A stretch of 63,021 nucleotides of DNA, the filler included. It is 7 parts of 7 records of this genome, joined end to end, with 100 filler letters (N's around TTAATTAATTAA, not from the genome) between each part and the next. Parts side by side here need not be neighbours in the genome. Positions count along the whole stretch, not along the records: positions 20,309 to 28,076 come from SRR20825019_2686; positions 28,177 to 35,813 come from SRR20825019_2687; 5 more parts are not named here. One strand, written 5' to 3'. Of the stretch, positions 23,290-34,861 are shown piece by piece; position 1 is the stretch's first letter; each line of letters starts with the position of its first letter. The position numbers and the translations under genes are program-made. Under the pieces are notes generated by a model. That model was not told the DNA's origin. It saw only the letters and a program-made list of their open reading frames with translations, and made no database searches.

Positions 23290-24276
23290 TCAGGCTCCCT
23301 GATTCAACTGACCGGACATCCCGCCAGCGGGCACGTCGGCACCCAGCGCACGGGCAATGGTGGTCACGTTGTGGTCGATCATGCCGATATACGTCCCCTC
23401 ATAGGTGCCATCCTGCCCCATGGCGTCACTGAACAGCTCGCCGCCCACGCGCACGTCGTGGCCACGGGCCGCAGCCCCCTCGACGAGCGCACGCATGTTG
23501 CGATCCGACACCGAGCTTTCGACAAAGACCGCGCTCAGCCCGCGTGTCACGATGGTGTCAACCAGCGCACTGACGCGGTGCAATCCGGCCTCGCTTTCGG
23601 TGGAAATCCCCTGAATGCCGATGACCTCGAACCCATAGGCACGTCCAAAGTAGCCAAAGGCGTCATGGGCCGTCAGCAGCACCCGCTGTTCGGGTGGCAC
23701 CTGTTCCAGCGTGTGGCGGGCATAGACATCCAGCTCCCCCAGTCGCGCGGCATAGGCCTGCGCATTGGCGGCAAAGACATCGGCCATCTCGGGGCGCACC
23801 TCGCCCAGCACGCGGCCGATCTCGGTCACCACGCCTGTAAACAGCTCCGGTGCCATCCAGACGTGCGGGTCATAGCGGTTTTCATAATCTGCATGGGCCA
23901 GAAGCTGCTCTTTCGGCAGCGCCTCGGCCACGGCAAAGACCTGACGTTGACGCGCGAGGGTGTGGAAGAATTCCTCCATCTGCGCCTCAAGATACAGACC
24001 ATGCCACAGGACCGCGTCGGCCCGGGTCATGGCAACGATGTCGCTGCGGGTCTGGCGGTACGAATGCGGATCGACCCCCGGCCCCATCAGCGCCTTGACC
24101 GTTACCGCATCGCCGCCGACTTCGCGGGCGGCGTCTGCGATCATGCCAGTGGTGGCAACCACGCTCAGCGGGGCTGCGGCAAAGGACGGGCGGGCCAGCA
24201 CGCTGGCGGTCAGGGCAGCGAAACCACCCAAGGCTGCACGGCGGGACATGGAATGTGTGTATGTTTTGTGTGTCAT
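23290..24276 (-). CDS. Metal ABC transporter substrate-binding protein (TroA/MntA-like), possible Tat signal
   Basis: VDPHSY, DPHVW, TAHDAFGYF, FSDAMG; SRRAAL signal; ATG at 24276 follows GGAG. Confidence 0.93.
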   Translation of the reverse strand: MTHKTYTHSMSRRAALGGFAALTASVLARPSFAAAPLSVVATTGMIADAAREVGGDAVTVKALMGPGVDPHSYRQTRSDIVAMTRADAVLWHGLYLEAQMEEFFHTLARQRQVFAVAEALPKEQLLAHADYENRYDPHVWMAPELFTGVVTEIGRVLGEVRPEMADVFAANAQAYAARLGELDVYARHTLEQVPPEQRVLLTAHDAFGYFGRAYGFEVIGIQGISTESEAGLHRVSALVDTIVTRGLSAVFVESSVSDRNMRALVEGAAARGHDVRVGGELFSDAMGQDGTYEGTYIGMIDHNVTTIARALGADVPAGGMSGQLNQGA

Positions 24277-24287
24277 GGCTCCAAATA

Positions 24288-24332
24288 TGAGAATCATTCG
24301 CAACAAGTCAAGCTAATTGAGAATGGTTCGCA
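24288..24332. promoter_or_regulatory. Tandem Mur/Fur-type boxes upstream of the metal ABC operon
   Basis: TGAGAATCATTCGCA (24288-24302) and TGAGAATGGTTCGCA (24318-24332): 7-1-7 imperfect palindromes 30 bp apart. Confidence 0.8.
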
Positions 24333-24357
24333 ATAAGGCACCCAAAGTGCCTGTTTT

Positions 24358-25308
24358 TCAGTCGAAAGAGATCACGAAAGCCGCCCCTCCTGTGGCGTTC
24401 TGGTCGTCCAGCGTGATCCGGGCACCATGGGCAGACAGCAGGGTTTGCACGATTGTCAGACCCATACCCGTGCCGCCCGCATCGCGGCGGGTGGTAAAGA
24501 ACGGATCGAAAATGCGCCCGGCGTTGCCCGCGCCGATGCCGCGGCCATCGTCCACGATGTGCAACGACTGCCCCCGGCAGGCCAGCATCAGCCGCCTGGC
24601 CCCGTGGGCGGCGGCATTCTGTGCCATCTGGTCTATCACCACGGTCAGATCGCTCAGCGACAGGGGTAACGTGCCATCCTGTTCGACAATGATCTGTACG
24701 TCGCCAACCTTGGCAGGCAATGCCTGCAGCTGCGTCTGCCCCGGTCCGCTGCTTTGGCTGGCCGCGGCATGGCGCTGCAATTGTGTCACCAGAGCCTGCA
24801 TCCGCGCGGCAGACGCTTCGATCGTGTCGATCAACTGGGCCTGATCGCGTGCAGGCAGGTCCGATTGCAACAGCTCTGCCGCGCCACGCAGGCTGGTCAG
24901 GGGCGATTTCAGCTCGTGCGTGACATGATCGGCATAGGCCCGCAGGCTGGCCGCCCGCGATTGCAACGTGTCGCCCATGGCGATCACACTGGCCCCCAGC
25001 GCGCCAAACTCGGGCGTGCCGAAATGCGTGGGCGGAGTGGCGTCGCTGCGCCCCTCGCGCACAGCGCGCGCATAGGTGGTCAGCCGCGCCACAGGCCGCA
25101 GCACCAACCGCCACAGCAAAAACGCCAGAACGGCGGTCGACACCACCGCCATCCAGAACAGCAACCACCCGGTCTCGCCCCAGCCCAGAATGTTACCTGC
25201 CAGCCGGAACCACACGATCCCGATCAGCGGCAGACAGAGAACCGCCGCCAGCGTCCCGCCGATGACAAAGGCCAGCGGCGGACGCCACTTTGCCTTTATC
25301 CGCGACAT
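24358..25308 (-). CDS. Sensor histidine kinase (2 TM, HAMP, HisKA, HATPase; CreC-like core)
   Basis: THELKSPL H-box, DDGRGI, FDPFFTT, GTGMGL. Confidence 0.93.
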   Translation of the reverse strand: MSRIKAKWRPPLAFVIGGTLAAVLCLPLIGIVWFRLAGNILGWGETGWLLFWMAVVSTAVLAFLLWRLVLRPVARLTTYARAVREGRSDATPPTHFGTPEFGALGASVIAMGDTLQSRAASLRAYADHVTHELKSPLTSLRGAAELLQSDLPARDQAQLIDTIEASAARMQALVTQLQRHAAASQSSGPGQTQLQALPAKVGDVQIIVEQDGTLPLSLSDLTVVIDQMAQNAAAHGARRLMLACRGQSLHIVDDGRGIGAGNAGRIFDPFFTTRRDAGGTGMGLTIVQTLLSAHGARITLDDQNATGGAAFVISFD

Positions 25309-25982
25309 GGGCCCATCCGCACGCCAACGCCATGCACCGTCTCGACCGCATCGGCACAGCCTGCTTCGGACAGCTTGGACCGCAGATTGCGCAGGTGGCT
25401 GTCCACGGTCCGGTCGCTGACATGGATGTTGGCCCCATACATCGCATCGGTCAGCGCGGGCCGCGAGGCGACCTGTTCGGGCCGTTGCATCAGGTGGTCC
25501 AGCAGCGCCATCTCGCGGTTGGTCAGCGCCAGTGGCACGCCGGCAACGGCACAGTGGTGGCGGGCCGCGTCCACCTCCAGAACACCCCGCGTGCGTGTCG
25601 TCCCCTGCTGCACAACGCTGCTGCGGCGCAGGATGGCACGCACGCGGGCCACCAGTTCGCGGGGCGAGAACGGCTTGGTCACGTAATCATCGCCGCCCAG
25701 TTCAAAGGCCAGCACGCGGTCGATCTCGTCCTCGCGCGCGGTCAGGAACAGCACCGGCGTCTGGGTGGTTGTGCGCAGTTCTCGGCACATCGCCAGCCCG
25801 TCCATCTCGGGCAGGCCGATGTCCAGCACGATCAGGTCAAATCGCCCGGTGCGGCCCTTGGCCAACCCTTCAGCCCCGTCGCCTGCGGCCTCGGTGCGGA
25901 ACCCGGCCTGTTCCAGTGCGATGCGCAACACATCGCGGATTTGCGCATCATCATCGACAATCAGAATGGTCTGGGTGCTCAT
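25296..25982 (-). CDS. OmpR-family response regulator (CreB-like)
   Basis: LIVDDD, LDIGLPEMDG, KPFSPREL, winged-helix TVHGVG. Confidence 0.95.
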   Translation of the reverse strand: MSTQTILIVDDDAQIRDVLRIALEQAGFRTEAAGDGAEGLAKGRTGRFDLIVLDIGLPEMDGLAMCRELRTTTQTPVLFLTAREDEIDRVLAFELGGDDYVTKPFSPRELVARVRAILRRSSVVQQGTTRTRGVLEVDAARHHCAVAGVPLALTNREMALLDHLMQRPEQVASRPALTDAMYGANIHVSDRTVDSHLRNLRSKLSEAGCADAVETVHGVGVRMGPCRG

Positions 25983-27481
25983 TGGGTCAACTGCTTTGCT
26001 TCAATGGCCTGCAAGCTACGGCGCAGCCGCGCGTTGCGAAAGCCCCATTCCCGCCAGTCCGCAGGTTCGAACAGCTCTGGCCCGATGCCCGGCTGCAGCA
26101 TCGGACACAACGGATACCCTGTTTTTGCCTCGTGTCTGGTGACGGCAGGCAGGGCCCCTTCACCCAAGTAACGGCAGATATACCAGGAATCCTTTACCAC
26201 CTCTTGCGTCAGATTGTGGCGCGCGATGATCCCGTCAAAGTTGATGAAAGCACAGACATAGAGGGTCACCACGCCAATGCCACCCGAGCGCAGCAGCATC
26301 CAGCCGGTGTCCTTGCGCGCCGCAACCTGCCAGACCACGACACCCAGCCCCGCAGCGACCACGCCCATCCAGATAAAGGCCGACACCCGCAGCCGCGTCA
26401 GTCCGAACACGTCGACATAGGTGTCCAACCGCACCACCGACGCCAGCACCAGCGCCAGTGTCTGCGCCAGCCATGCCAGCAGCAACACCCGCAACAACGG
26501 CTTCTCCTCGGCAAAGGGGCGCGCCATCACCGCAAACAACCCCGCCAGCAGCGCGGTCACCAGCAACGGATAGGCGCCGCGATGGGCATATGTCGCATGG
26601 CTCATCCCCTCGGGCAGGCCTGCGTCACCGTACAGCATGACAATGTCCATCAGCGTCTGCACCGCGAACATCGCGTTGAACAGCACCAGCGACCGCGCGA
26701 CCGAGCCTGCATTGATCACACCGACACGCCGCACCGTGTGGCGCGCGGGGGCGGGCATCAGCCTGCTGTGCAGGCGCGCAATCACCAGACAGGGCCAGAT
26801 CAGCAGCGCCATCAATCCCCAGAACACCCCGCGCCACAGGTTCACATCGGGCAGGCGCAGATCGTTCAAGCTTTGCGACCAGCGATCCAGCACCGGGTTC
26901 GCTTCCAGCAGCAGCAAGGCAAAGACACCGCCCAGGATCACCGGCACGGCCCAGGCCATGACCAGTCGCTCCAGATCCCAGCCAGACGGCTTTACCGACA
27001 CCATTTGCCGCGCGGCCTGCGCCCCGTCGCGCACCGTGGCCACAGGACCGACCCACCACAACCGCAGCGCACTGCGGATCACCGCGGCACGCCTGATGCC
27101 CGCGACAAAGACCACAACCAGCGACAGACCGACCATGCTGATCACCACCGACAGCGGCTGCACCAACTCGACCAGCGGCAGCACCGCCAACGCCACGCCA
27201 CCGCCTGCCTGCCATGCAACCCGCGCGGGCACATCTGCCAGCCAGATCGCCACACCGCCCAAAATCGCGCAGAACAGCGCCAGCGACACACCCGCCGACA
27301 CCTGCCAGACCAGCGCATCCGACAACGCGATCAGCGCCACCAGCAGCGCCAGCCGCACCGGCCCCGTGCGGTCGCCTTGCCACCCGATCTTCTTGCGTGG
27401 TGCGGGCTGGTTGCTGCCTTCCAGCCACCAGCCATCGTTTTGCATCGCCAGCGGCACGCCGCGCATGATTGCCGTTTTCAT
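25979..27481 (-). CDS. DUF4153/DUF4173 multi-pass membrane protein
   Basis: ANPV, YAHRGAYPL, YVDVFGLTRLR, DWREWGFR motifs; many TM segments; overlaps the RR start. Confidence 0.8.
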   Translation of the reverse strand: MKTAIMRGVPLAMQNDGWWLEGSNQPAPRKKIGWQGDRTGPVRLALLVALIALSDALVWQVSAGVSLALFCAILGGVAIWLADVPARVAWQAGGGVALAVLPLVELVQPLSVVISMVGLSLVVVFVAGIRRAAVIRSALRLWWVGPVATVRDGAQAARQMVSVKPSGWDLERLVMAWAVPVILGGVFALLLLEANPVLDRWSQSLNDLRLPDVNLWRGVFWGLMALLIWPCLVIARLHSRLMPAPARHTVRRVGVINAGSVARSLVLFNAMFAVQTLMDIVMLYGDAGLPEGMSHATYAHRGAYPLLVTALLAGLFAVMARPFAEEKPLLRVLLLAWLAQTLALVLASVVRLDTYVDVFGLTRLRVSAFIWMGVVAAGLGVVVWQVAARKDTGWMLLRSGGIGVVTLYVCAFINFDGIIARHNLTQEVVKDSWYICRYLGEGALPAVTRHEAKTGYPLCPMLQPGIGPELFEPADWREWGFRNARLRRSLQAIEAKQLTQ

Positions 27482-27650
27482 CTGTCCTGCCTCTCAAGTC
27501 ATTTTTTCTGCCTCTTCAATGCCAAAGCATTCGCGCAAGCCCCGCGTGCCGTTTGTGCAGTTTTTGCGCAAAGGCTGACGCCGCGCCGCATCTTGCGCTT
27601 GAACCACGCCCGTGCCAGTTTTCAGACCTTGTTCCTTTGAAGGTGACCCC

Positions 27651-28076
27651 ATGCTTCAACCCGCCACCACATCGCAGGACGCGCACCTGCCGCAGCTGAC
27701 CCTGACCCGCAATCCGGGCATGGATCTGGACATGAACTGGGTCCGCGCGGTGCAGGCCAACACCTCGGCCATCGAACGCCGTGCGGCAACATTGCCCGCC
27801 CGCCGGTCGGTGAAAAAGGACTATCAGGCGGCATGGCTGCTCAAGGCGGTGACCTGCATCGACCTGACCACCCTGTCCGGCGACGACACCGCCGCCCGTG
27901 TCCGCCGCCTGTGCGCCAAGGCGCGCCATCCGGTCAGCGCGCAGGTGCTGGCGGCGCTGGATATGCCGGGTATCACCACGGGCGCGGTCTGTGTTTATCA
28001 CGAGATGGTTGAAACCGCCGTGACCGCGCTGGATGGCTCGGGCATTCCGGTCGCCGCCGTGTCCACCGGCTTTCCT
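27651..28076 (+). CDS. deoC: Deoxyribose-phosphate aldolase (3' truncated)
   Basis: IDLTTLSGDDT, RLCAKA, GAVCVY, VAAVSTGFP; long-type DERA N-terminus. Confidence 0.93.
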
Positions 28077-28176
28077 NNNNNNNNNNNNNNNNNNNNNNNN
28101 NNNNNNNNNNNNNNNNNNNNTTAATTAATTAANNNNNNNNNNNNNNNNNNNNNNNNNNNNNNNNNNNNNNNNNNNN
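28077..28176. other. Artificial contig linker
   Basis: N-run, TTAATTAATTAA, N-run. Confidence 0.99.
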
Positions 28177-31100
28177 CTACATGCGGTGGAGGGCAATGGG
28201 TCTGAGATCGACACAGATATGGGGGGACTAGTGGAGGATGCTGTAGTAGCACATGGTGGAGAGAATGGGGCCGCCGCGCCCATATCCATCTCTGAGGTAC
28301 GTCAGCAGTTAATAGGGATGCTACAGTGTTATCGACTGCCAGAGGGGGATTGGCTGGACGATATGCAGGCCCCTCCCCAACCAGAGGACGGTGGGGAGGA
28401 GGACGACTCCCCCAGGTATCAAAACCGTGGAAGGGGCACATCGCCACAATTCGCCGACCCCTATGCACAACATGATGAAAAAGATGATGATTTTGAGATT
28501 CCTGTGCTACCTGATGGGTGGGAGGAGCAGATAACCGACGATGGTCGCCCCTACTTTATCGACCACGATACACGCACCACGACATGGATCGACCCCCGTG
28601 GACCCAAAGCTGCTGCAATCCTCGCCCAACGCCGACGACGAGTTGCTGGCCTCGATGACGATCAAAACGACGAGGACAACGAGCTGACAAGTGGAACGCT
28701 CCCCCCTGCTCATGGCGATGAAGATGACCAGCGTCACTCCCAGCTCGGCTCCAGGTATGCTGCATCCTCCGAGGGCCGTCGGGTAATAGTCGCAGGAGAC
28801 ACCTCAAAAGATATCGACTTCACAACCCTTGGCGATGGTCGAGACAGTGATGAGGAGGAGGATGGTAGTGGTCCGGACCTTGCAAACAGTACCCTCCCCA
28901 TGGATCACCACCACCTCCAACACATCAACAAGCAACGTGCCAAGAATCGTCTACGCCCCGCTGATGTGGGTCTCATCATTCACGGCGTCTTTAAGGGGCA
29001 GAAGATGGTAGTGGTACAACCCCCTACAGGACGTGAAACAGGAGATGGTGAATCCTCACATGAAGACCATCAGGAAAGTGAAGAGGAGGAGGATGCCGAG
29101 AGTAGCAGCAATCAGCCAGATGCCCTCGAAGACGATGACGAGTCCTCCCCACCACATCACCAAAATGCCACCATCACATCAACATCTGGCGCAGTGGAAG
29201 AAGAAACTACTAAGAACGACAACAACAATAGCACGCACAATGTTGTTGCTGCTACTAATGTTGATATTGGCAATAGACAAACTGGTAGTAAGCTACTCGA
29301 GCTACTTACCCGTGAGTCGGGCCTCTGTCCCCGCCCCGCCTCAGCATCTGCCCTGTACATGGAGTACTTCCAAGTAGCTCCCGCAACCGAGTACATCACC
29401 CCCATCTCCACCGCCCCCATCACTACTAAAATGAAGCACTCCAAGGGTGGATCTATTAACCCCTCCGAGGCTGCTGAAATGGAGATGGAAGCTAACGTCT
29501 CCCAACAACGGCACAGGCAGTCACTATCCGATGTGGTGGAGGTGTTGGCCACAAGCCCACACTCTACCCCTCGAGGCTCCCGGACTGGAAGTCGTCGTTC
29601 TTCTTTATCATCATCCTCTCATCATAATATCGAGGGTGGTGGTATTCAAGCAAAGCCCCCACAGCGCGTTAGCAGTGGGAGGGGGGAACCTTCGGAGCTA
29701 GGGGAGGATGAGGAGTATGCCGAGGTGCCACAGCCATCTATGGAAGATAAGGCACTATGCTACTTTGCAGAGAAGGACGAGGTGGTATCCCTCCTCGCCG
29801 AATTCGAAATGATGATGTGGCGATCAGTAGCATGTGAACAGATGCTCCAAAAAGTGGCAGCAGGAACCACCGACCAGCAACTAGAGAACCCGAAAAGGCA
29901 ACAACAACAATCTACAGATGACGTTGATATTGCCGCCAATGCGGAGCAACAACTACCAGTGGAGGGAACTTCCATCATCACGGAGGAGGAGGTTACTGAG
30001 AGGGTGAACGCAGCCGTAGCAGCATGTCGTACTAGATATGAGGGGAGTCTCAAAGAGGCAGCGGCCGTCATCGAGCAGCTACGAGAGCGGGCTACCCTCC
30101 TCCAGGAGGAGGTGGATGCGGGGCTCGACACCCGCCAAGGCATGATGTCTGAATATGAAGTATCCCGCAAGGAAACTGCCTTACTCCACCAGAAGGCCCT
30201 GGATAATGTCAAAATGGAAAACTCTCGACTCACGGACGTATTACAGCTCATACAGTCTACATTAGTAGTCGTTGAGGAGGAGACGTCTGTAAGGCGGGAA
30301 GTTGTAACACAACAGGAGGAAATGGGACGCATCGACATCTTCTGCAGCTTCATAGCCGAAATGAACCAGCTCGTTACGATCGCTGCTGAGAAGAATACAG
30401 TAGTGGGTCCAACCGAGGAGGAGCTTCTCGCTAAACAACAGCAGGAGGCAGACGACGAAGCCAAAAATATCACCAGTGCCGAGAATGAGAAGCTTCTGGC
30501 CGAGAAGTGTGAGGAGGTGGATGAACTCAAACGGCAAATGGAGTCGCTACAATCAGAGGTAGATGCTATTTGTGTCGCCAAGCGTGCGTCTGCGGAACAG
30601 CAACTCCTGTACCACCTCAACCAACCCGAAACACCAGAGAGGACTCCATCACCTGTTGTTAACGTAGCGGAAACCCAGTGCAGCCCAGCGATGATAGCCA
30701 CAGCCGATGTATCACCTTCTATAACTGAAGAGGAGATCCAGGCACGTATTGACAATGCTGTTAGGGAGGCAGTTGGGGAAGTACGCAAGGAGTGCTCCGC
30801 CCAACAGCAAGAGTCTGTCGATGCGATGGAAGTAAAATTATCATCCAAGCATACCCAGGAAATTGCCAACAAGGCAACGGAACTTGGCACATTGCGTCAG
30901 GAGAAATCAGCCCTAGAAGGACAGCTTGACTCCACTCAAGCGAACCTTGAAATTGCGACAGCCAGTGTAGACAGCAAGAATCAAGAGCTTGAAGCATTGA
31001 AAATTGAACTTGCGAATGCCGTCCGCCTTGCTCAAGACGCCCAAGAAGCTTCTAAGGCAGCAGCGGCACCACCTCCAAGCGTCACTGTTGTCGAACAGGA

Positions 31101-32199
31101 GCATCAGCCCTCAGCAAGCGAACATCAAGCACTAGGAGAGCGTAATGAGCGACTCCAGAAACGTATTGTACAACTACTAGATAACCTCGAACTGTGCCAG
31201 AAGGAGATGGCCCAGGCACAACAGCTCCAAGCTCACGCCGAGCAAAAGCTTGAGGCCAACATTCAACAACAACATCAACAGCAAGATGTCGCCACGATTA
31301 CGTCCCCTAAGAATCACCAACATGGCAGTTCCCCATCAGCAACCACCCCCAGAGGATTCCAACATTTCAAAGATACAATGGTATCGGCGATGGAGAATTC
31401 TAACGCCGAACTGCAACGAGACAGCACTCGGTTTAAGACACCTCCTGTTGGTAGCGGTGCCGCCACTAATGGCAAGGCCCGGCCTGCACCGCCACAATCT
31501 TCCTCTACTAGTAAAAATGCTACTACTACTGGTGGTGTTGGAGGAGGGGGTGTGTTGTCCTTCCAGGCGTTAAAGGAACAAGAGGTGGATCAACTACGAG
31601 CCTTTTACAAGGATAAACATGAGCAAATATTCAGGGCACTTTGTACTAAGCAGCAGGAGCTGGTTAAGAGGATGTATGTCGACTTTGAGGGGCGCGTTCA
31701 ACGCGAGAGGAGTAGGGCTAATGAGTTGGAGGAGAAGCTAGCAGATGTTACCTCTGGATATGTAAAGAGGGATCACAACAACAACAATAATATCACTAGC
31801 CCCTCATCATCAACCATCAGCAGCAGGAACATCGCACAACCTCCTGCTGCTAGTGGAACGGGGGGTAAAGCCTCGACCTTTATGACCAGGCCTTCGTCCG
31901 CCTCGGCAACTCAAAGGCGACCCGTAGTACAGCCCTCACATATCACAACCCACCACCACCTACCACCCTCCTCCTACAACCACCCCCACTCTCCAACGAC
32001 CCTTGCCACCCCCACTAAGGACCCCACACACCTCCGTGCCGTGAACCCAAATCGCGGTAAATCAAGCCACGATCGCAACCCCATCACGGCGATGCAGGGG
32101 CTCTCTGGCTCATCCCTTCCCACTGATCACGGCGCCAACCGGTACCACTCAGAAGACGAAGCGTTCTCTGGTAAGCACAACAATCATCAACAACGCTAG
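28177..32199 (+). CDS. Large eukaryotic WW-domain, coiled-coil, low-complexity protein (probably 5' truncated)
   Basis: [32 protein letters not shown] domain; heptad-rich E/Q/K region; open frame of about 4 kb with no introns. Confidence 0.85.
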   Translation, partial: LHAVEGNGSEIDTDMGGLVEDAVVAHGGENGAAAPISISEVRQQLIGMLQCYRLPEGDWLDDMQAPPQPEDGGEEDDSPRYQNRGRGTSPQFADPYAQHDEKDDDFEIPVLPDGWEEQITDDGRPYFIDHDTRTTTWIDPRGPKAAAILAQRRRRVAGLDDDQNDEDNELTSGTLPPAHGDEDDQRHSQLGSRYAASSEGRRVIVAGDTSKDIDFTTLGDGRDSDEEEDGSGPDLANSTLPMDHHHLQHINKQRAKNRLRPADVGLIIHGVFKGQKMVVVQPPTGRETGDGESSHEDHQESEEEEDAESSSNQPDALEDDDESSPPHHQNATITSTSGAVEEETTKNDNNNSTHNVVAATNVDIGNRQTGSKLLELLTRESGLCPRPASASALYMEYFQVAPATEYITPISTAPITTKMKHSKGGSINPSEAAEMEMEANVSQQRHRQSLSDVVEVLATSPHSTPRGSRTGSRRSSLSSSSHHNIEGGGIQAKPPQRVSSGRGEPSELGEDEEYAEVPQPSMEDKALCYFAEKDEVVSLLAEFEMMMWRSVACEQMLQKVAAGTTDQQLENPKRQQQQSTDDVDIAANAEQQLPVEGTSIITEEEVTERVNAAVAACRTRYEGSLKEAAAVIEQLRERATLLQEEVDAGLDTRQGMMSEYEVSRKETALLHQKALDNVKMENSRLTDVLQLIQSTLVVVEEETSVRREVVTQQEEMGRIDIFCSFIAEMNQLVTIAAEKNTVVGPTEEELLAKQQQEADDEAKNITSAENEKLLAEKCEEVDELKRQMESLQSEVDAICVAKRASAEQQLLYHLNQPETPERTPSPVVNVAETQCSPAMIATADVSPSITEEEIQARIDNAVREAVGEVRKECSAQQQESVDAMEVKLSSKHTQEIANKATELGTLRQEKSALEGQLDSTQANLEIATASVDSKNQELEALKIELANAVRLAQDAQEASKAAAAPPPSVTVVEQEHQPSASEHQALGERNERLQKRIVQLLDNLELCQKEMAQAQQLQAHAEQKLEANIQQQHQQQDVATITSPKNHQHGSSPSATTPRGFQHFKDTMVSAMENSNAELQRDSTRFKTPPVGSGAATNGKARPAPPQSSSTSKNATTTGGVGGGGVLSFQALKEQEVDQLRAFYKDKHEQIFRALCTKQQELVKRMYVDFEGRVQRERSRANELEEKLADVTSGYVKRDHNNNNNITSPSSSTISSRNIAQPPAASGTGGKASTFMTRPSSASATQRRPVVQPSHITTHHHLPPSSYNHPHSPTTLATPTKDPTHLRAVNPNRGKSSHDRNPITAMQGLSGSSLPTDHGANRYHSEDEAFSGKHNNHQQR

Positions 32200-32724
32200 A
32201 ATTGTACGGCTTAGGCAAACCCACTCACCCACATCACACCAATCCCCCTATCGCAGTCAACGAGACACAACATTCACATTTTTACACACAAATTGTATTT
32301 ATTTATTTAAAACTATTGGAGTCGTGGGAGATACAGTTTTATCAAAACTGTTCATCACAGGGCACATCACACACTACACAAAAATACAAGAGAAATCACG
32401 AACTACACAGTTTATGTAGATCGCATGTGTTTAGAGGGTAGATAGATATGATGTGCGTTGTACCCAAACCCCCCTCCCTGAGTTTTAAGAAGAGAAGGAA
32501 AAGGAAGGAGAGAGATTTTATTGACAGAGATATCCGTGACATCTACATGTGGCTCATATTGCCCTTTTTTTGATCAATTTGTTCAGAAACTACCCCGTAT
32601 CCTCTTTCTATTGTCACATTTTGAATAAAGTTTCGTACACTGTTTATTTAAATATCTTCTGTTTTTTCTCTGCTCATTTTTTCCAATTTTTTTAAACAGT
32701 TTGTAAAAAAAGAGTGGATTTAAC

Positions 32725-33555
32725 ATGGTATTCCTACACATTGTGCGATCCCTGCAGTTCTACCTTCGCGGCCGCTTTGCTCATGCGCTGATGAAGGCCG
32801 AGGAGTTTGAGCGACTCCGCATCACCCCCGCCCACTACGACACCCTGGACTCCAACGCCGCCCCTAATGCCCCCGCGTTTGTGACAAAAGAGTGCCTGTG
32901 TCTCTCTCGCGATGTGGTTGTCCCCATCTACGTCGGTCTCCGCCTTATCGATGGCTTCGGACACATGAACAATGCGAGCTACCTCGAGGCCTTCGAATTT
33001 GGCCGTTGGTATCACTTCTCTTACACCCGACTAGATAAGCGTATGTGGCACGCTGCCGTGTACCCTGTTGTCAGCGGTATCAACATCCAGTACCTCAAGG
33101 AGATCAAGCCCTTCCAGACCGTCAACTGTCGTATCCGCGGCCCCCTCATCGCCGACGATCGCACTATGGTGATCTTACAGCAGCTGGAGAGCAAGGACGG
33201 TAAGACTGTCTATGCGACCGCTACCATGCAGGTGGCTGCCCTCAACTTGCCCTTCAAGAAACCCGCTACCAAGGAGGCTCGCAGTCTGGTGGTGACCAAG
33301 AGGGGTGCCATGCCCGTGGAGGAGTTCATGAACCGTGTTTACTACTCTGCTGATGAGCGTAGGGCCGCACGTGTGTACCTCAAGGAAGATGCTGAGGACA
33401 CCCTCTCTGCTGCCAACGACCCCGTCAACACTAACTCTGTCTTCGGAGTTGAGGCAGTCAGGGCTCTCACTGAGGTGTCTCTTGCTTGGCGTGGTGACAC
33501 CATCCGTCGTGGCAAGGCCATCCGCGCCGCCGCCACTACTCCTGCTACAAACTAA
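32725..33555 (+). CDS. Hotdog-fold acyl-CoA thioesterase (4HBT/YbgC/THEM6-like)
   Basis: DGFGHMNNASYLEAFEFGR motif. Confidence 0.85.
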   Translation: MVFLHIVRSLQFYLRGRFAHALMKAEEFERLRITPAHYDTLDSNAAPNAPAFVTKECLCLSRDVVVPIYVGLRLIDGFGHMNNASYLEAFEFGRWYHFSYTRLDKRMWHAAVYPVVSGINIQYLKEIKPFQTVNCRIRGPLIADDRTMVILQQLESKDGKTVYATATMQVAALNLPFKKPATKEARSLVVTKRGAMPVEEFMNRVYYSADERRAARVYLKEDAEDTLSAANDPVNTNSVFGVEAVRALTEVSLAWRGDTIRRGKAIRAAATTPATN

Positions 33556-33923
33556 CAAATAATAAGGATAGGCAGGAACAACAACACAAATCTTCAAACC
33601 CAACCAAAAATGTACGAAGCCCACCATTTTCTATTTCCAATCAACATCTTCCAAAAAAAACATGTTGCTCAAACAACTGCAACACTTGATTATCACCCGT
33701 TTTTACAACACGCGCTCAGAAAGACAACTATCAAATAGGGCATGTGTCTCTTATTTCTGAAGTTTGCGCAGGATCAAGAATATTTTTAGTTGCCCTCCTC
33801 ACCATCATCAAATTGTCCCACCATTGTTTCTGTTTCCCTATATCCCCTTGATATATGTTTTCATTTTGAATACGTTTGTAAATTCCATCTCCCTCAAAAG
33901 TTACTCTTTTAAAAACACTAAAA

Positions 33924-34778
33924 ATGGCCGTTTTGCATATGATTCGCGTCATGCGTTTCTTTGCCAGGGGCAGGCTGGATCGTGCCAGACTAGATGCCGC
34001 CGAGGCCCTAGCCCTCCAAGGCACGCCTGTAGCTACCACTGGGGCCGGAGGCAATGAGGTGGTCCCCGTGGAGAAACAACCCGCTTTTGTTAAAACCAGC
34101 TTCTCATGCGCTCCCGATTCAACCGTCACTATGTACATGGGTTTCCGTCTCACTGACGCCTTCGGACATGTTAACAACTCTAAGTATTTAGAAATGTTTG
34201 AGTTTGGGAGGTGGTATGAAATGGCGTATACTGGTCTAGATACCCGGGCCTGGCATGCGGGTATCTACCCCGTTGTACGCGGCGTCAGTATTCAATACAT
34301 CAAGGAAATCAAACCGTTTCAAAAGGTAGTTGTTCGAACACAGTTCCCCATGAACACCGAGGATGGACGCACTGCCATTATCGCCCAGCAAATTGAGAGC
34401 CTGGATGGGAGGACAGTGTTTGCGACTGGGGTCGTAAGAGCCTCCTTCCTTAACATGCCCGTCAAGGAGCCCAGCGACGCCCTTGGTAAGTCTCTCAAGA
34501 AGACCCGTAAGGGCATCATCCCCATCGACGAATTTATGGACCGGGTCTTCTGCTTTAAGGAGGAGAGGGAGGCTGCGAACAAATACAAGAAGGGCGTGGA
34601 GAATAAGACAGCTGCCTCCACATCTACTACTGTAGCAGGGCCGGGTATGGACATGTTCAACCCCTCCTTCATTGTGCCTCTGAACACCGTCGATGAAGCC
34701 TGGAGAGGCGACGTGATTCGGCAGCTCAAACTCAAGAACGGGGTTACAACATCATCATCAGATAAGACTAAAAAGTAA
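33924..34778 (+). CDS. Hotdog-fold acyl-CoA thioesterase, tandem paralog
   Basis: DAFGHVNNSKYLEMFEFGR; shares WHA..YPVV..IQY.KEIKPFQ with the preceding gene. Confidence 0.85.
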   Translation: MAVLHMIRVMRFFARGRLDRARLDAAEALALQGTPVATTGAGGNEVVPVEKQPAFVKTSFSCAPDSTVTMYMGFRLTDAFGHVNNSKYLEMFEFGRWYEMAYTGLDTRAWHAGIYPVVRGVSIQYIKEIKPFQKVVVRTQFPMNTEDGRTAIIAQQIESLDGRTVFATGVVRASFLNMPVKEPSDALGKSLKKTRKGIIPIDEFMDRVFCFKEEREAANKYKKGVENKTAASTSTTVAGPGMDMFNPSFIVPLNTVDEAWRGDVIRQLKLKNGVTTSSSDKTKK

Positions 34779-34837
34779 AATATATAGGAAAACGAGAAGA
34801 CGTCATAAATATGCAACTAACCAATCCTAGCAGTTCT

Positions 34838-34861
34838 TCACACACACATACACACACACAC
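34838..34861. repeat. (CA)n microsatellite in 3' UTR/intergenic region
   Basis: CACACACACATACACACACACA. Confidence 0.8.

Noticed and set aside
22543-27640. 597-aa and 702-aa plus-strand ORFs
   Set aside because: Antisense shadows of the well-supported minus-strand transporter and signalling genes
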